From an uncultured Chloroflexia bacterium (GTDB lineage: Bacteria > Chloroflexota > Anaerolineae > B4-G1 > SLSP01), in contig CAVVUS010000048.1 of assembly GCA_963751345.1 (NCBI GenBank), forward strand, positions 1-64,000: DNA of 64,000 nt, given 5' to 3'. Below, in pieces: positions 1 through 10,400 of the stretch. The notes below the pieces were generated by a model. The model saw only the letters and a list, made by a program, of their open reading frames with translations, was not told the origin of the DNA and made no database searches. The translations under genes were made by a program, and so were the position numbers. Numbering within the stretch: position 1 is the stretch's first letter; each line of letters opens with the position of its first letter.

Positions 1-38
1 TTCGAAGCCAGGAGCTCTGTCCATTGAGCTACGGGGAC
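1..38 (-). tRNA. tRNA-Arg(UCG), 5' half only (cut by window edge)
   Basis: Reverse complement GTCCCCG-TA-GCTC-AATGGACA-GAGC-T-CCTGG-CT-TCG-AA gives acceptor 5' strand, D arm and anticodon loop with TCG. Confidence 0.88.
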
Positions 39-50
39 AGACCAGAATCA

Positions 51-126
51 GGGGTGGATGACGGGATTCGAACCCGCAATTTCCTGTTCCACAGACAGGT
101 GCCTTAACCGTTAGGCCACATCCACC
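51..126 (-). tRNA. tRNA-His(GUG)
   Basis: Full cloverleaf: G-1, GTGGATG/CATCCAC acceptor stem, CCTGT-CT-GTG-GA-ACAGG anticodon arm, GGTTCGAATCC T arm; 3' end encodes C73-C-C then T (no terminal A). Confidence 0.96.
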
Positions 127-234
127 ACGACCCGAACATTGTACCATAAAGCCCCTGGGCGACAAGCGCTCGTGAGTGCAGGCGTAAGTCATCTCGGGGG
201 CGATTGCAGCGAACACGTGCCTGGAAAACTCGCG

Positions 235-1488
235 CTAGGCCCAGGAATACGGATTTCCGATGGGCAGTAGGATGTGGATTGTGCTGCCGGGCAGGCGTTC
301 CTCGCTGTATCCGGGGCTTTCGGCCCACATCTTGCCGCCGTGCGCCTCGACGATCCCCTTCGCCACGGCCAGACCAAGGCCGAGCCCGCCGCCCTTGAAC
401 GCCGTCTTGCTGGATCGATGGTGCGAGATGTCGGTGTCCTCCCGCATGTAGAATCGCCCGAACACCTCCGGCAGCTCTTCGGCAGGGATGCCGACTCCGG
501 TGTCGCGTACCCAGAGATGGAGGACGTCGTCCAGAGCCTCGGCATCGAGGAAGATGGTGCCGCCATCCGGCGTGTATTTCATCGCGTTGCCGATCACGTT
601 GCTGAGCGCTTGGTGGAGGCGGCGCGAATCTCCTTCGACAACCGGCACCTGGCGCAGGCCGAGGCCCATGTCGAATGTCAGGGCCCGAGGCAGCCCAAAG
701 CTCTTGAGGTTGTGCAACACGCTCTGGACGGTCGAGTTGATGAAGACCGGCTCGTGGGACATCTCCAGACGGTCAGCGTCGATCAAAGAGACGTTCAGGA
801 TGTCCTGAGTCACCTCATTGAGTCTTTCCACAGCCTCCGAGATACGGCGTAGGAGGTTTTGTGCCGAACCTTCTTGCTCAGGGTCGCCGTGCACGTCGCG
901 GCTGGCTTGTAGGATCTGCATATATCCATAGATAACCGTAAGCGGAGTGCGCAACTCGTGCCCCGCCAGCACGAGGAAGTCAGACTTCATCTTCTCGAGT
1001 TTCTTGAGCTCAGCTTTGACCCGTTCTTGCTCTCTGACTTTCTCCTCAAGTCTGGCCACAAGGCGGCGATTGTACTCCACCAGATACGCCGCTCGTTCCT
1101 CGGCTGACTCAAGGTCATCTTCCTGGCCCGCCAGATATGCCCGGATCTGCTCGGGGAAGCGGTCGACGTCGATGGGTTTCGAGATGTAACCCGAGCAGCC
1201 GGCAACGATGGCGCGCTCACGATCGCCCGGAAGCGTCGCCGCTGTGACTGCCACGATTGGCACGTCGCCAAGACCGTCCAGGCTGCGGAGCCGCGTGGCG
1301 ACTTCGTAGCCGTCCATCCTGTCGATATTGATCTCCAACAGGATCAGGTCGGGCTTCTCGCTCCGAGCGCCCTCCAGCGCCTGAATGCCATCGTCGGCGA
1401 TGAGCACATCGAAGCCCTCTGAGGTGAGAAGTCGGTGCACCAGGCGCTGGCTCGAGACATCATCCTCAACATACAGGACGGTCGTCAT
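235..1488 (-). CDS. Hybrid sensor histidine kinase (N-terminal receiver, HisKA, HATPase)
   Basis: VLYVEDD..YISKP receiver; H-box GHELRTPL; N-box NVIGNAMKY; G boxes DTGVGI and GGLGLGL. Confidence 0.92.
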   Translation of the reverse strand: MTTVLYVEDDVSSQRLVHRLLTSEGFDVLIADDGIQALEGARSEKPDLILLEINIDRMDGYEVATRLRSLDGLGDVPIVAVTAATLPGDRERAIVAGCSGYISKPIDVDRFPEQIRAYLAGQEDDLESAEERAAYLVEYNRRLVARLEEKVREQERVKAELKKLEKMKSDFLVLAGHELRTPLTVIYGYMQILQASRDVHGDPEQEGSAQNLLRRISEAVERLNEVTQDILNVSLIDADRLEMSHEPVFINSTVQSVLHNLKSFGLPRALTFDMGLGLRQVPVVEGDSRRLHQALSNVIGNAMKYTPDGGTIFLDAEALDDVLHLWVRDTGVGIPAEELPEVFGRFYMREDTDISHHRSSKTAFKGGGLGLGLAVAKGIVEAHGGKMWAESPGYSEERLPGSTIHILLPIGNPYSWA

Positions 1489-1907
1489 TCCGTTTGCGCT
1501 CCTGGTTAGCTCGGGCCCGGCCGGCTCTCAATAGCGTACATAAGCTCCTCGTCTCTCTGTGCCTCGAAGAGGGCGCCCCGGGCGCGGGTGGGCATCCAGC
1601 GCTCACCGACTTGGCGCCAAGCGTCGTGCGGATTAGCACGCCTGCAGCACATCCGCCGACACGGCGCGGTTCATCTGTTCAGAAGCTGAACCAAGGATAG
1701 CACGGCTTTCGGCAGCAACAAGCCTACTGTATAATACTGGGCGAACGTCAAGCGTGCCGAGCGAGTGGCCGGATCGGAGTGCGGTGCCCGTCGCTGCTTT
1801 CTCTTCCGCGTCGCTTCATCCGGATCGTCACAATGCTCGTCACGATGTTTGGCATTTGTGGGGATATCTCGTATAATCAGAAGAACCTCGAGGAGTCTGC
1901 GGGAGTT

Positions 1908-4135
1908 ATGACCAAGGATAGTCGCAAGCCGTCTGCCGATCCTACAACCGACACTGATCCGTCGCCTCCGGCCCACCCGACCGGATCGCAGCGGACCCGA
2001 GGCCTCTCAGAGCGCCTAAGGCGCGTCCCCTCGCCGCGGTCGGATCGCCAGGAGGACGTTGCCCCTTCCCGGAGCCGTCACGCAGTGGAGGCACGTAGCG
2101 ACACGTCGACCGGCTCACCGGCGGTTCTACCGGATCCGCCGGACACTGTTCCGAGCGGAGTGAGTGCTTCGTCCGACCGGGTGCAAGCTCGCCCAGTCCG
2201 CTGGGCGCTTCGCCCAGTCGATCGCAGGCTGCATCTCGTCTCCCGGATGCCAGCCTCGAGACGCGGGTGGTGAGCGGGAAGACGGAAGGCGGCTCATCTG
2301 AGGGATTGCTGGGCGTCGGTATCCAGCTCCAGGCCCGCTACAAGATCCTGGGCGTGATCGGCATCGGTGGGATGGGCGCGGTCTACAAGGCGCAGGACCT
2401 GAGATTCCCCGGTGTGATGCGGCTATGCGCAGCGAAGGAGATGATCAATACAGCCTCGGATCCACGGGTCAGGGAGATGATCACGCGCAACTTCGAGAGG
2501 GAGGCAAGCATCCTCGCCACGCTCAGCCACCCGGCCATCCCGCAGGTCCTTGACTATTTCACCGAAGGCCAGCGGAGCTATTTGGTCGAGGAGTTTATCG
2601 AGGGAAAGGATCTCGAGGCGCGGGTTTCGGAGGCCGAAGGGTTTCTTCTCGGAGGATCAAGTCGTCGATTGGGCCATCCAGTTGTGCGAAGTGCTGTCGT
2701 TCCTGCACAACCTCAAGCCCCGGCCGATCATCTTCCGCGATCTCAAGCCCTCTAACATTATGCTGGACAACAGTGGGCGCATCCGTCTCGTGGACTTTGG
2801 CATCGCCAAGCTTTTCCAGAGCGGCGAGAAGGGCACGATGATCGGCACGGAGGGCTATTCTCCGCCCGAGCAGTACCGCGGTGTCGCTGAGCCGCGAGGG
2901 GATCTCTATGCATTAGGTGCGACGATGCATCATCTTCTCAGCAAGCAGGATCCCCGGCTTGAGCCTCCCTTCTCATTCAGAGGAGCGCCCGATTCACGAG
3001 AAGAACCCCACGGTCTCCCGAGAGCTTGTCGCGGTGATTGAGAAAGCGCTTGAGTATGACATCAACGAACGCTGGGGATCTGCCGAAGAGATGCGGCGCG
3101 TGCTGGTCTCCCTGTCCTCACCCGCGGGCAGAGGTGGTCGGCAGGCGACGATTACCTCCGTACTGAGCAGCGGCGCAGTCAAGCCGATCTGGAGGTTCGC
3201 CTGCGAAGACGAAGTTCGAGGGTCGGTGACTGTGACAAATGACGTGGTTCTCGTTCCTTCGTATGATCACAACGTGTACGCGCTGGATGCTGAGGCCGGC
3301 GAGTTTGTCTGGAAATATGCGGCGGAGGGTGGCGTGGCGACCGCGCCCTGTGTCAGCGATGGTATGGTGGTGTTCGGATCGACCGATCGAAGCGTCTATG
3401 CCGTCGGTTTGGGCACAGGGCGATCTGAAATGGACGTCGCCCACGAAGGGGCGGGTCTACTCCACAGCGTTTCCGGCCTTCGACCATTTCTTCATTGGCT
3501 CGGACGACGGTAGCCTCTACGCAATTCATAGCTACTCAGGTCGGAAGGCTTGGAGCTACACGGCAGATGGGGAGGTGCGTTGCCGCCCGTTCGTCAATGA
3601 TCAGGTTGTGGTCTTCAGTTGCAGTCTGGGCTTTGTCTATGCCATCTCGCTGAGCCGTGATCTTGCGCTGGCGTTTCCGAGCTCGTCGGAGCATCCTCGC
3701 CTCGCCCGTGCTCTCTGAAGGACTCGTGCTTCTCGGCTCGCTTGACTGGAACTTCTACGCACTCGACATCCGTTCGGGGTGGTCGGCATGGAAATACCGT
3801 ACGGGTGGGCCCGTCGTCTCGACCGCCGCGACGTGTTGAGGGCCTGGTCATCTTCGGTTCGGCCGACGGCAGCGTCTACGCTCTACAGGCGAACTGATGG
3901 CCGGATCGTGTGGCGATACGAAACCGGGGATCAGGTGACCGGTTCGGCGACGGTCTACGAGGGCGCCGTGTATATTGGAGGCGTCGATGGGGCGCTCTAC
4001 TGCCTTGATGCTCACACAGGTGCGCTGCGCTGGAGATATCAGACGGATGGGGCCATCACCGGAGCCCCTCAGGCGCACGACGGCGTCGTCTACTTTGGGT
4101 CCAGCGACCACTACGTCTATGCGATTCCTGCGTGA
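1908..4135 (+). CDS. Ser/Thr protein kinase with C-terminal PQQ/BamB-like beta-propeller (several frameshifts)
   Basis: ATG 1908 after GAGGAG; fragments 1779-2273, 2267-2755, 2550-3041, 2917-3513, 3239-3718, 3657-3839 and 3779-4135 join GIGGMGAVY, AAKEM, FRDLKPSN, DFGIA, GTEGYSPPE and repeated YALDAxxG..W propeller blades. Confidence 0.88.
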
Positions 4136-4219
4136 TGTGCGATGAGATTGCCCAAACCGGTCGGGTTTGTTGTCACCGCTTCAGCGGTTCCGGCGCGGAC
4201 GTGAGACCTTGAGCAGCCG

Positions 4220-5695
4220 ATGGTCCAGGTAGACGCGACACAAGACTACTATGCCGTCCTGGGGGTGCAGGTGGATGCCACTCCTGCGGAGATCAAACAC
4301 GCCTATCGGGAACTCGCCAAGCAATTCCATCCTGATTCCGGGCACGGTGACGCCGAACAGTTCAGGAGAGCGACGGAGGCCCAAGAGGTTCTATCCGATC
4401 CCGTGTATCGCGATGCCTACGATCGCCAGAGACTGGCCAGAGGAGTCGCGACGGGCCCGCTTGCCGTCGACCTGCTGCTAAGTCGTGAGGAACTGCAGCC
4501 GATGGACGGGGAGCAGATGCTCTATGCCGTCGTGGAAATCCACCCTCGGGAGGGCCTCGCGGAGAACAGGGGAGCCCTGAATCTTGCGGTCGTGATCGAT
4601 CGAAGCACCTCAATGCAGGGCGCGCGGATGCAGAACGTGAAGGTCGCTGCGCTCGATCTGATCGAGTCGATGGCCCCTGGCGATCGGTTGGCGATCGTGA
4701 CCTTCGGGGACCGCGCAGACGTCGTGGTCCCTGCTTCGCTGGTGAAGGACAAACGGGCGTTTCGATCGGGCGTTGCTTCGATCACGCCGGGTGGCGGGAC
4801 GGAGATCTACCAGGGCTTGGCCGCAGGCATCGAGCAGGTCGCAGCACACACGTCGCCGGATGTCATCAGTCACGTGCTCTTGTTGACCGATGGCCGCACC
4901 TATGGCGATGAGGAGTTGGCGCTCGCGGCGGCAGCGCGAGCAGAACAGCGGGGAATCGGGATCTCCACGTTCGGGATCGGACAGGACTGGCACGATGTTT
5001 TCCTCGATGCCCTGGCGCGTGAGGGTCGAGGGACCTCCAACTACATCGATGTCCCCGGCAGGGTGCTGACAGTCCTTCGTTCGGAGATCCGCGGCCTGAC
5101 CAGCATCGCACTTCGCAGGGCGTGCATCAGGGTCAGCACGCTTCCCTCCGTGCGCCTGGCAGCGATGTATCGTGTGGCACCCTATATGGAGATTCTTTCG
5201 GCGGGCGCTGGCGATTCCATCTCTCTCGGAAATCTGATGAGCGGGGAGCCCTGTGTGCTGGCGATGGAGCTGATCATGACGCTGAACGAGACCGGGGCGA
5301 AACGGATTGCCCGTCTCGTCATTGATGGTGAGGCGGTTGCGCCTTCCAGACCCATACAAGTGTGGCAGGACATTCGCGTGACGTTCACCAGAAACGCTCG
5401 TGGAAGCGAGGTCGCACCCAAGCTACTGAATGTGTTGGAGAGGCTCAGTGTTTTCCGTCTGCAGGAAGAGGCGTGGCGTGCCTTGGAGACGGGCGATTCG
5501 GAGCAGGCTACACACTTCTTGGAGTCAGCGGCGACGCGTCTCTTCGATCTGGGATATCGTGAGCTCGGACAGGCGGCTATGCTGGAGATGAACAGGATCG
5601 CGCTTGGCGCCGGTCCAAGTTCAGAAGGGCGCAAGAAGCTCCGCTACGGAACGAGGGGCCTATACCGCCCTGGGCTTCAGACGCCCAGGGCCTGA
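4220..5695 (+). CDS. J-domain (DnaJ) - von Willebrand factor A fusion protein
   Basis: DYYAVLGV..AYRELAKQFHPD J domain; MIDAS DRSTS..GGT..LLTDG; helical C-terminus ending KKLRYGTRGL. Confidence 0.9.
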   Translation: MVQVDATQDYYAVLGVQVDATPAEIKHAYRELAKQFHPDSGHGDAEQFRRATEAQEVLSDPVYRDAYDRQRLARGVATGPLAVDLLLSREELQPMDGEQMLYAVVEIHPREGLAENRGALNLAVVIDRSTSMQGARMQNVKVAALDLIESMAPGDRLAIVTFGDRADVVVPASLVKDKRAFRSGVASITPGGGTEIYQGLAAGIEQVAAHTSPDVISHVLLLTDGRTYGDEELALAAAARAEQRGIGISTFGIGQDWHDVFLDALAREGRGTSNYIDVPGRVLTVLRSEIRGLTSIALRRACIRVSTLPSVRLAAMYRVAPYMEILSAGAGDSISLGNLMSGEPCVLAMELIMTLNETGAKRIARLVIDGEAVAPSRPIQVWQDIRVTFTRNARGSEVAPKLLNVLERLSVFRLQEEAWRALETGDSEQATHFLESAATRLFDLGYRELGQAAMLEMNRIALGAGPSSEGRKKLRYGTRGLYRPGLQTPRA

Positions 5696-5784
5696 CTGCG
5701 CGTTTTTTTGCCGTCTGTCACCCTCGATCCTGGAGGCTGTGACGGCGGGTTCCCGATTTCCTCATCTTGTACTAGGAGGTTGCT

Positions 5785-6342
5785 ATGGCTCAGAAGGCCG
5801 GCAAAGTTGTCTGCCCGTCCTGTGGTGCCGAAAACCTGCCCGGCACGCTCTTCTGCGTGCAGTGCGGGACGTATTTGCCGTCAGGTGGCCCACTTCGGAC
5901 CGAACCTCTGCCCGAACAGGAGGATGGGCGTCCGGCACGCCCTCGCCATGAGGGTGAGGACAGAGACACACAGACACGCACCATCAACATAGAGGTCGAC
6001 GTCCTTAACACCGGGCGCAAGGTCACACTATCCGCCGACCGCGAGATCCTTGTGGGGCGGCTGGATGCCGCCCACGGCATTTTCCCAGAGCTCGATATGA
6101 CGGCCGATGAGGGGCTGGAGCAGGGCGTCTCGCGCAGACACGCGCGCATTTACACACGTGATGGGACGTGTTTCGTCGAGGACCTGGACAGCACCAATGG
6201 AACTTTCTTGAACGGCGAGCGGATCACGCCGTATCTGCCCTATGCATTCCACGATGGGGATGTCCTGACATTCGGGTCGTTGCGGCTGAAGTTCACGATC
6301 TACACCACCGACGACGAGATCCGAGAGGGGCTGGAGGAGTGA
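5785..6342 (+). CDS. Zinc-ribbon + FHA domain protein
   Basis: CPSCG..FCVQCG ribbon; FHA motifs VGR, GVSRRHA, DLDSTNGT; RBS AGGAGG. Confidence 0.92.
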   Translation: MAQKAGKVVCPSCGAENLPGTLFCVQCGTYLPSGGPLRTEPLPEQEDGRPARPRHEGEDRDTQTRTINIEVDVLNTGRKVTLSADREILVGRLDAAHGIFPELDMTADEGLEQGVSRRHARIYTRDGTCFVEDLDSTNGTFLNGERITPYLPYAFHDGDVLTFGSLRLKFTIYTTDDEIREGLEE

Positions 6343-6346
6343 CTTC

Positions 6347-6590
6347 ATGCCATACACGGTATTGCTGCACATATCTGAATGAGGATTCTGTAGTCGGTGA
6401 GTTGGATGACCTTCCCGATCCGGATCAGCAGTATTTGGCCCTGAAAAGCCCTCGCCTCCGGGACGGACGTGAGGTAACATACCTTCTGGCTGAGACCAAC
6501 ACCGTGCTCTATCCATGGAATAGGATTCACTGTGTCGAGATAATGCCGACGGAGACTGATGAACAGGTTGTTACCTTTATCCGTGAGTAG
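6347..6590 (+). CDS. Small hypothetical protein, about 80 aa (one frameshift near 6373)
   Basis: ATG 6347 after GGAGG; MPYTVLLHI continues into [17 protein letters not shown] if one base is removed; sits tightly between the FHA and regulator genes. Confidence 0.7.
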
Positions 6591-7320
6591 TCAGGAAAGC
6601 CATCCGCTCGCGCTGGTGGTCGATGACGAACCGCGCATCATCCGGTTCGTCCGCATCAACCTTGAGATGGAGGGGTTTCGGGTGATCGAGGCGGCGGACG
6701 GGCTCGAGGCGCTGGCCCAGGTCCGCGAGAAGATGCCCGATATCGTTCTGCTCGACGTGATGATGCCGGAGATGGACGGCTTCGAGACGCTCCGGATGAT
6801 ACGGGAGATATCTAGCGTGCCCGTGATCATGCTCACCGTCAGGAGCTCGGAGGAGGACAAGGTCCGCGGTCTGGATCTGGGTGCGGATGACTACATAACC
6901 AAGCCGTTCAGCCCCAGGGAGCTGGTGAGCCGCGTGCGGGCCGTGTTGCGTCGGTTTCAGGCCATCACGCCTGCCGAGGCGTCGGTCTTGGAGATCGATG
7001 GCTACCTGAGCGTCGATTTCAACACCGCCGAGGTGATCGTGAACGGCGAACGCGTCAAGTTGAGACCAACGGAGTTCCGGCTGCTGCGCCATCTCATCGA
7101 GAACGCCGGCTGGACGGTGCCGCATTCGACGCTGCTCTCGAAGGTCTGGGGCTACGAATACAAGGACGAGATCTCATATCTTCGTCTCTACGTGAACTAT
7201 TTGCGCAAGAAGATCGAGCCGGACCCGGCGAATCCCCGGTATATCATTACCGAGCGCGGCATGGGTTACCGCTTTGTGGACTTCCGGCATCGTGACACGG
7301 AGGACGAGGCCGCGGGCTAG
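6583..7320 (+). CDS. OmpR/KdpE-family DNA-binding response regulator
   Basis: [23 protein letters not shown] and winged helix ending [12 protein letters not shown]; GTG 6583 overlaps upstream stop. Confidence 0.93.
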   Translation: MSSQESHPLALVVDDEPRIIRFVRINLEMEGFRVIEAADGLEALAQVREKMPDIVLLDVMMPEMDGFETLRMIREISSVPVIMLTVRSSEEDKVRGLDLGADDYITKPFSPRELVSRVRAVLRRFQAITPAEASVLEIDGYLSVDFNTAEVIVNGERVKLRPTEFRLLRHLIENAGWTVPHSTLLSKVWGYEYKDEISYLRLYVNYLRKKIEPDPANPRYIITERGMGYRFVDFRHRDTEDEAAG

Positions 7321-7426
7321 GATGTCTGTCCTGGCCGGAGATACCGATGTCACAATGCAGACAGATCCGCCCGGGCCGGGCTGATGTGACCGAGGGGGTA
7401 GGTTGGGCCGAAGTAGTGTCCTGGCT

Positions 7427-10400
7427 ATGACACTGCGTCGATGCGCCGGATTCCTTTGGGCACTAGGGGTGGCCTTGTTCCTCCTGACAGGGTGTGCCCA
7501 GCCGGTCGTCGCTCCCAACCCCACCGGCAGCGTTCCTGCCGCATCCGGGGTCTCACTGCCGACTTCCCCCGAGCCCACGTCTACCGCGGCGCTGCCGCCC
7601 GGTCCCTATCCGCCCGCCGTCATAGATTTCCACCCACGGCCGGGTGAGGCCGTGTCTGTGACCACGACGCTATCGTGGGAGTTCGACCGGCCCGTGGATC
7701 CTCAGAGTTTTGCCGATGCACTCCACCTGAATCCATCCGTCGATGGGGACCTAAGCTGGGATGGCGCTGCGCGCGTTACCTTCATTCCCCGCGCACTCGA
7801 TCCGGCGACGCGTTATCTTGTGACCCTATCGACCGACCTCGTTTCCAGCGAGGGAGTTGCGCTTCCCCAGGTGTCGAGCTTCGCCTTCCGGACGCTATCC
7901 CCGCTGCGTGTCACCCGTTTGACTCCGGGGGATGGCGCCGCCGACCTCCGCTCCGATGTGCCCCTCCTGATCGAGTTCAACCAACCGATCGTGCCTACGC
8001 GCTGCATCGATGCGGAGGAGAGCGAGTTAGCTGACTGTCCCCAGCTTCCCCTCGCGTTCTCCCCCGAGGCCGTCGGTCGCGGATCCTGGGAGAGCACATC
8101 CATCTATCGGTTCGACGTGACCGGGGGCTGGAAGGCCGGCCGGCGGTATGAAGCGACCCTCGACAACACCTTTGCTTCGGTCGGCGGTGTCGCCATGGAG
8201 GCATCGCAGACCTGGACGTTTGAGACGGCTGCCCCGCGGATCAGTGGCGTTTTGCCGGGCGAGGGTAGTCGAGACGTACCCCCCGATGGCGAGGTGCGTG
8301 TTAGCTTCACTACACCGATGGACCAGTTGACCACCGGCGCCACCTTCAGCTTGGTATCCGATACCGGCGTCTCTGTAGCCGGGACAATTACGTGGGCCGA
8401 TAACGGTGCGCTCGATGATCTTCGCCCCGTCCGAGCCCCTTGTGCTCGACACGGGCTATGTCGCACACGTGGGAGAGCGCGCTCGATCGGTGACCAATGA
8501 TCCGCTGGAGAGCCCGCAGTTCTGGGAATTCCGAACGGTGCCCTATCCAGACCTTCGATCCAGCGCGCCGGCTAATGGAGCCCGTGCCGTCGACCCTCAG
8601 GTCCCGCTCCTTTTGGTCTTCGACGGGGCGATGGACGAGCTTACACTGCGGGACGGCGTCCACGTGGTGCCTGCCCCAGAAGAGGGCAGCGTCTTCACGA
8701 CGTATGACTCGGACTCGCACATCCTCATGTTGTCGTGGCAGAAAGCGGCCCGCACCGAGTACTGTGTGACTATCGCCTCGAACGTCTCGGATGTCTACGG
8801 CAACCCACTTCCGGCTATCGACCCGATCTGCTTTGAGACCGGCGATCTTACGCCCTCATTTGAGCCCTTGAACGCCGCAGCAGATGCGGTAGCCCTGGAC
8901 CGTAACCGGCCCTCAGCGGTCGCCTTCCTGGCCAGAAACTCGGATGCAGTGCAGTTTGCGTTGGATGAGGTCTTGACCGGCGATCTGATGGCGGTCTCTA
9001 CGGCAGCGGACACCCGCATCAGAACGTGGACGCAGTCGTTCGCCGCGGAGCCGAACGCCACGAAGCAAGTGACGGTATCCCTCGCGGCGGGCTCGCCCGG
9101 CGCACTCCCGACGGGCCTCTACAGACTGTCCTGGCGCTTCCCAGGCGAAGAGACCTACCAGCGGCGCATCAACGTGGCGGTGGTCGATCGCCATGTGACG
9201 CTCAAGCTGACGTCGACCGAAGCGCTCGTCTGGGTTACTGATCTCAGCAGCGGGATGCCGATCTCGCGCACGGCAGTGCAACTCATCGATCAGGAGGGCA
9301 TGCTGTTGGCCGGCGGGACAACGGATGACGATGGTGTCGCGCGGATGCTGCTCACGGAAGGGAAGGGGGGCGCGAGTCGTCGGGCCGCTGCCATAGTTGG
9401 CGTTCCCGGTGCCGAAGGCTTTGGCGTGGCCCTGTCGACCTGGACAGGCAACGCCGCGCCGTATAACTTCGGTATTGACGTCGCGTTCGGCACGGCGCCA
9501 GTCTACCAGGTCTTCGTTCACACGGATCGCTCTGCCTATTCCGTCGGGGACGCCGTCCGCTATGCCGGATTCGCTCGCACGGTCGGGAAAGAGCCCGAGA
9601 TTACCGCTGCGGATGCCGCAGCCCCTCTCGTGGTCACGCTGCGCGACGCCGCAGGAAGTGCCGTCGCCACCGACCTCGCTCTGGTCGGAGAGACGGGTGC
9701 TTACTCGGGCTCGGTGCGACTTCCGGAGCGTGTGCCCCCGGGCATGTACGCACTGGAGATCGATCTGGCGGGAGATGGCGAGTTGACCTCGGCAGACGAC
9801 CAGCCATTGGCGGAGACCGTTCTGCGTGTCGTACCTACGCCCGGACCAACCTATGCGCTGCTGGTCACTCCAGATCAGGCGGAGGTCGTCGCCGGCGAGA
9901 CTCCCAGGTTCACGATTGAAGCACACGTCGACCTGGGAGATGACGCCCCGGGCGTGGCACTCGACTGGAGCATCGTGGCTTCGCCGCTTGGATTCGCCCC
10001 GGAGCACTTGCCCGGACGTGACCAGGTTGAGTGGCGATGGTCAGGAAATGCTACATCTTCTGCAGGACGTATTGTTGCCAGTGGAAGCGGGATCACCGAC
10101 CGGGATGGGAGTTTGGTCGTGACAGCACCGACGCAGCCCGGCGGTATCATCGGCGGGCCAGCATCAGAGGTGTGGACGATCACGGCCACGTGCGGCCGAT
10201 CCGATGGGCGCAGCCGTAGTCGCGACGGGCTCGATCGTCGTTCACAATGCGTTATCCTACCTGGGAATTCACCCCGATGCCTGGGTGTATGCTGCAAGGC
10301 AACGAGCCGCTGTGGATCTGGCCGTCGTTGACTGGCTCGGCGTGGCCATTCCGGACGTAGATGTGAGAGTGCGGCTTTATCGGGGGCTCGATGCCCTGGC

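Noticed and set aside
5668-5709. Intrinsic terminator after the J-vWA gene
   Set aside because: The CCCTGGGC/GCCCAGGG stem lies inside the CDS and the T tract is about 12 nt away, so geometry is poor
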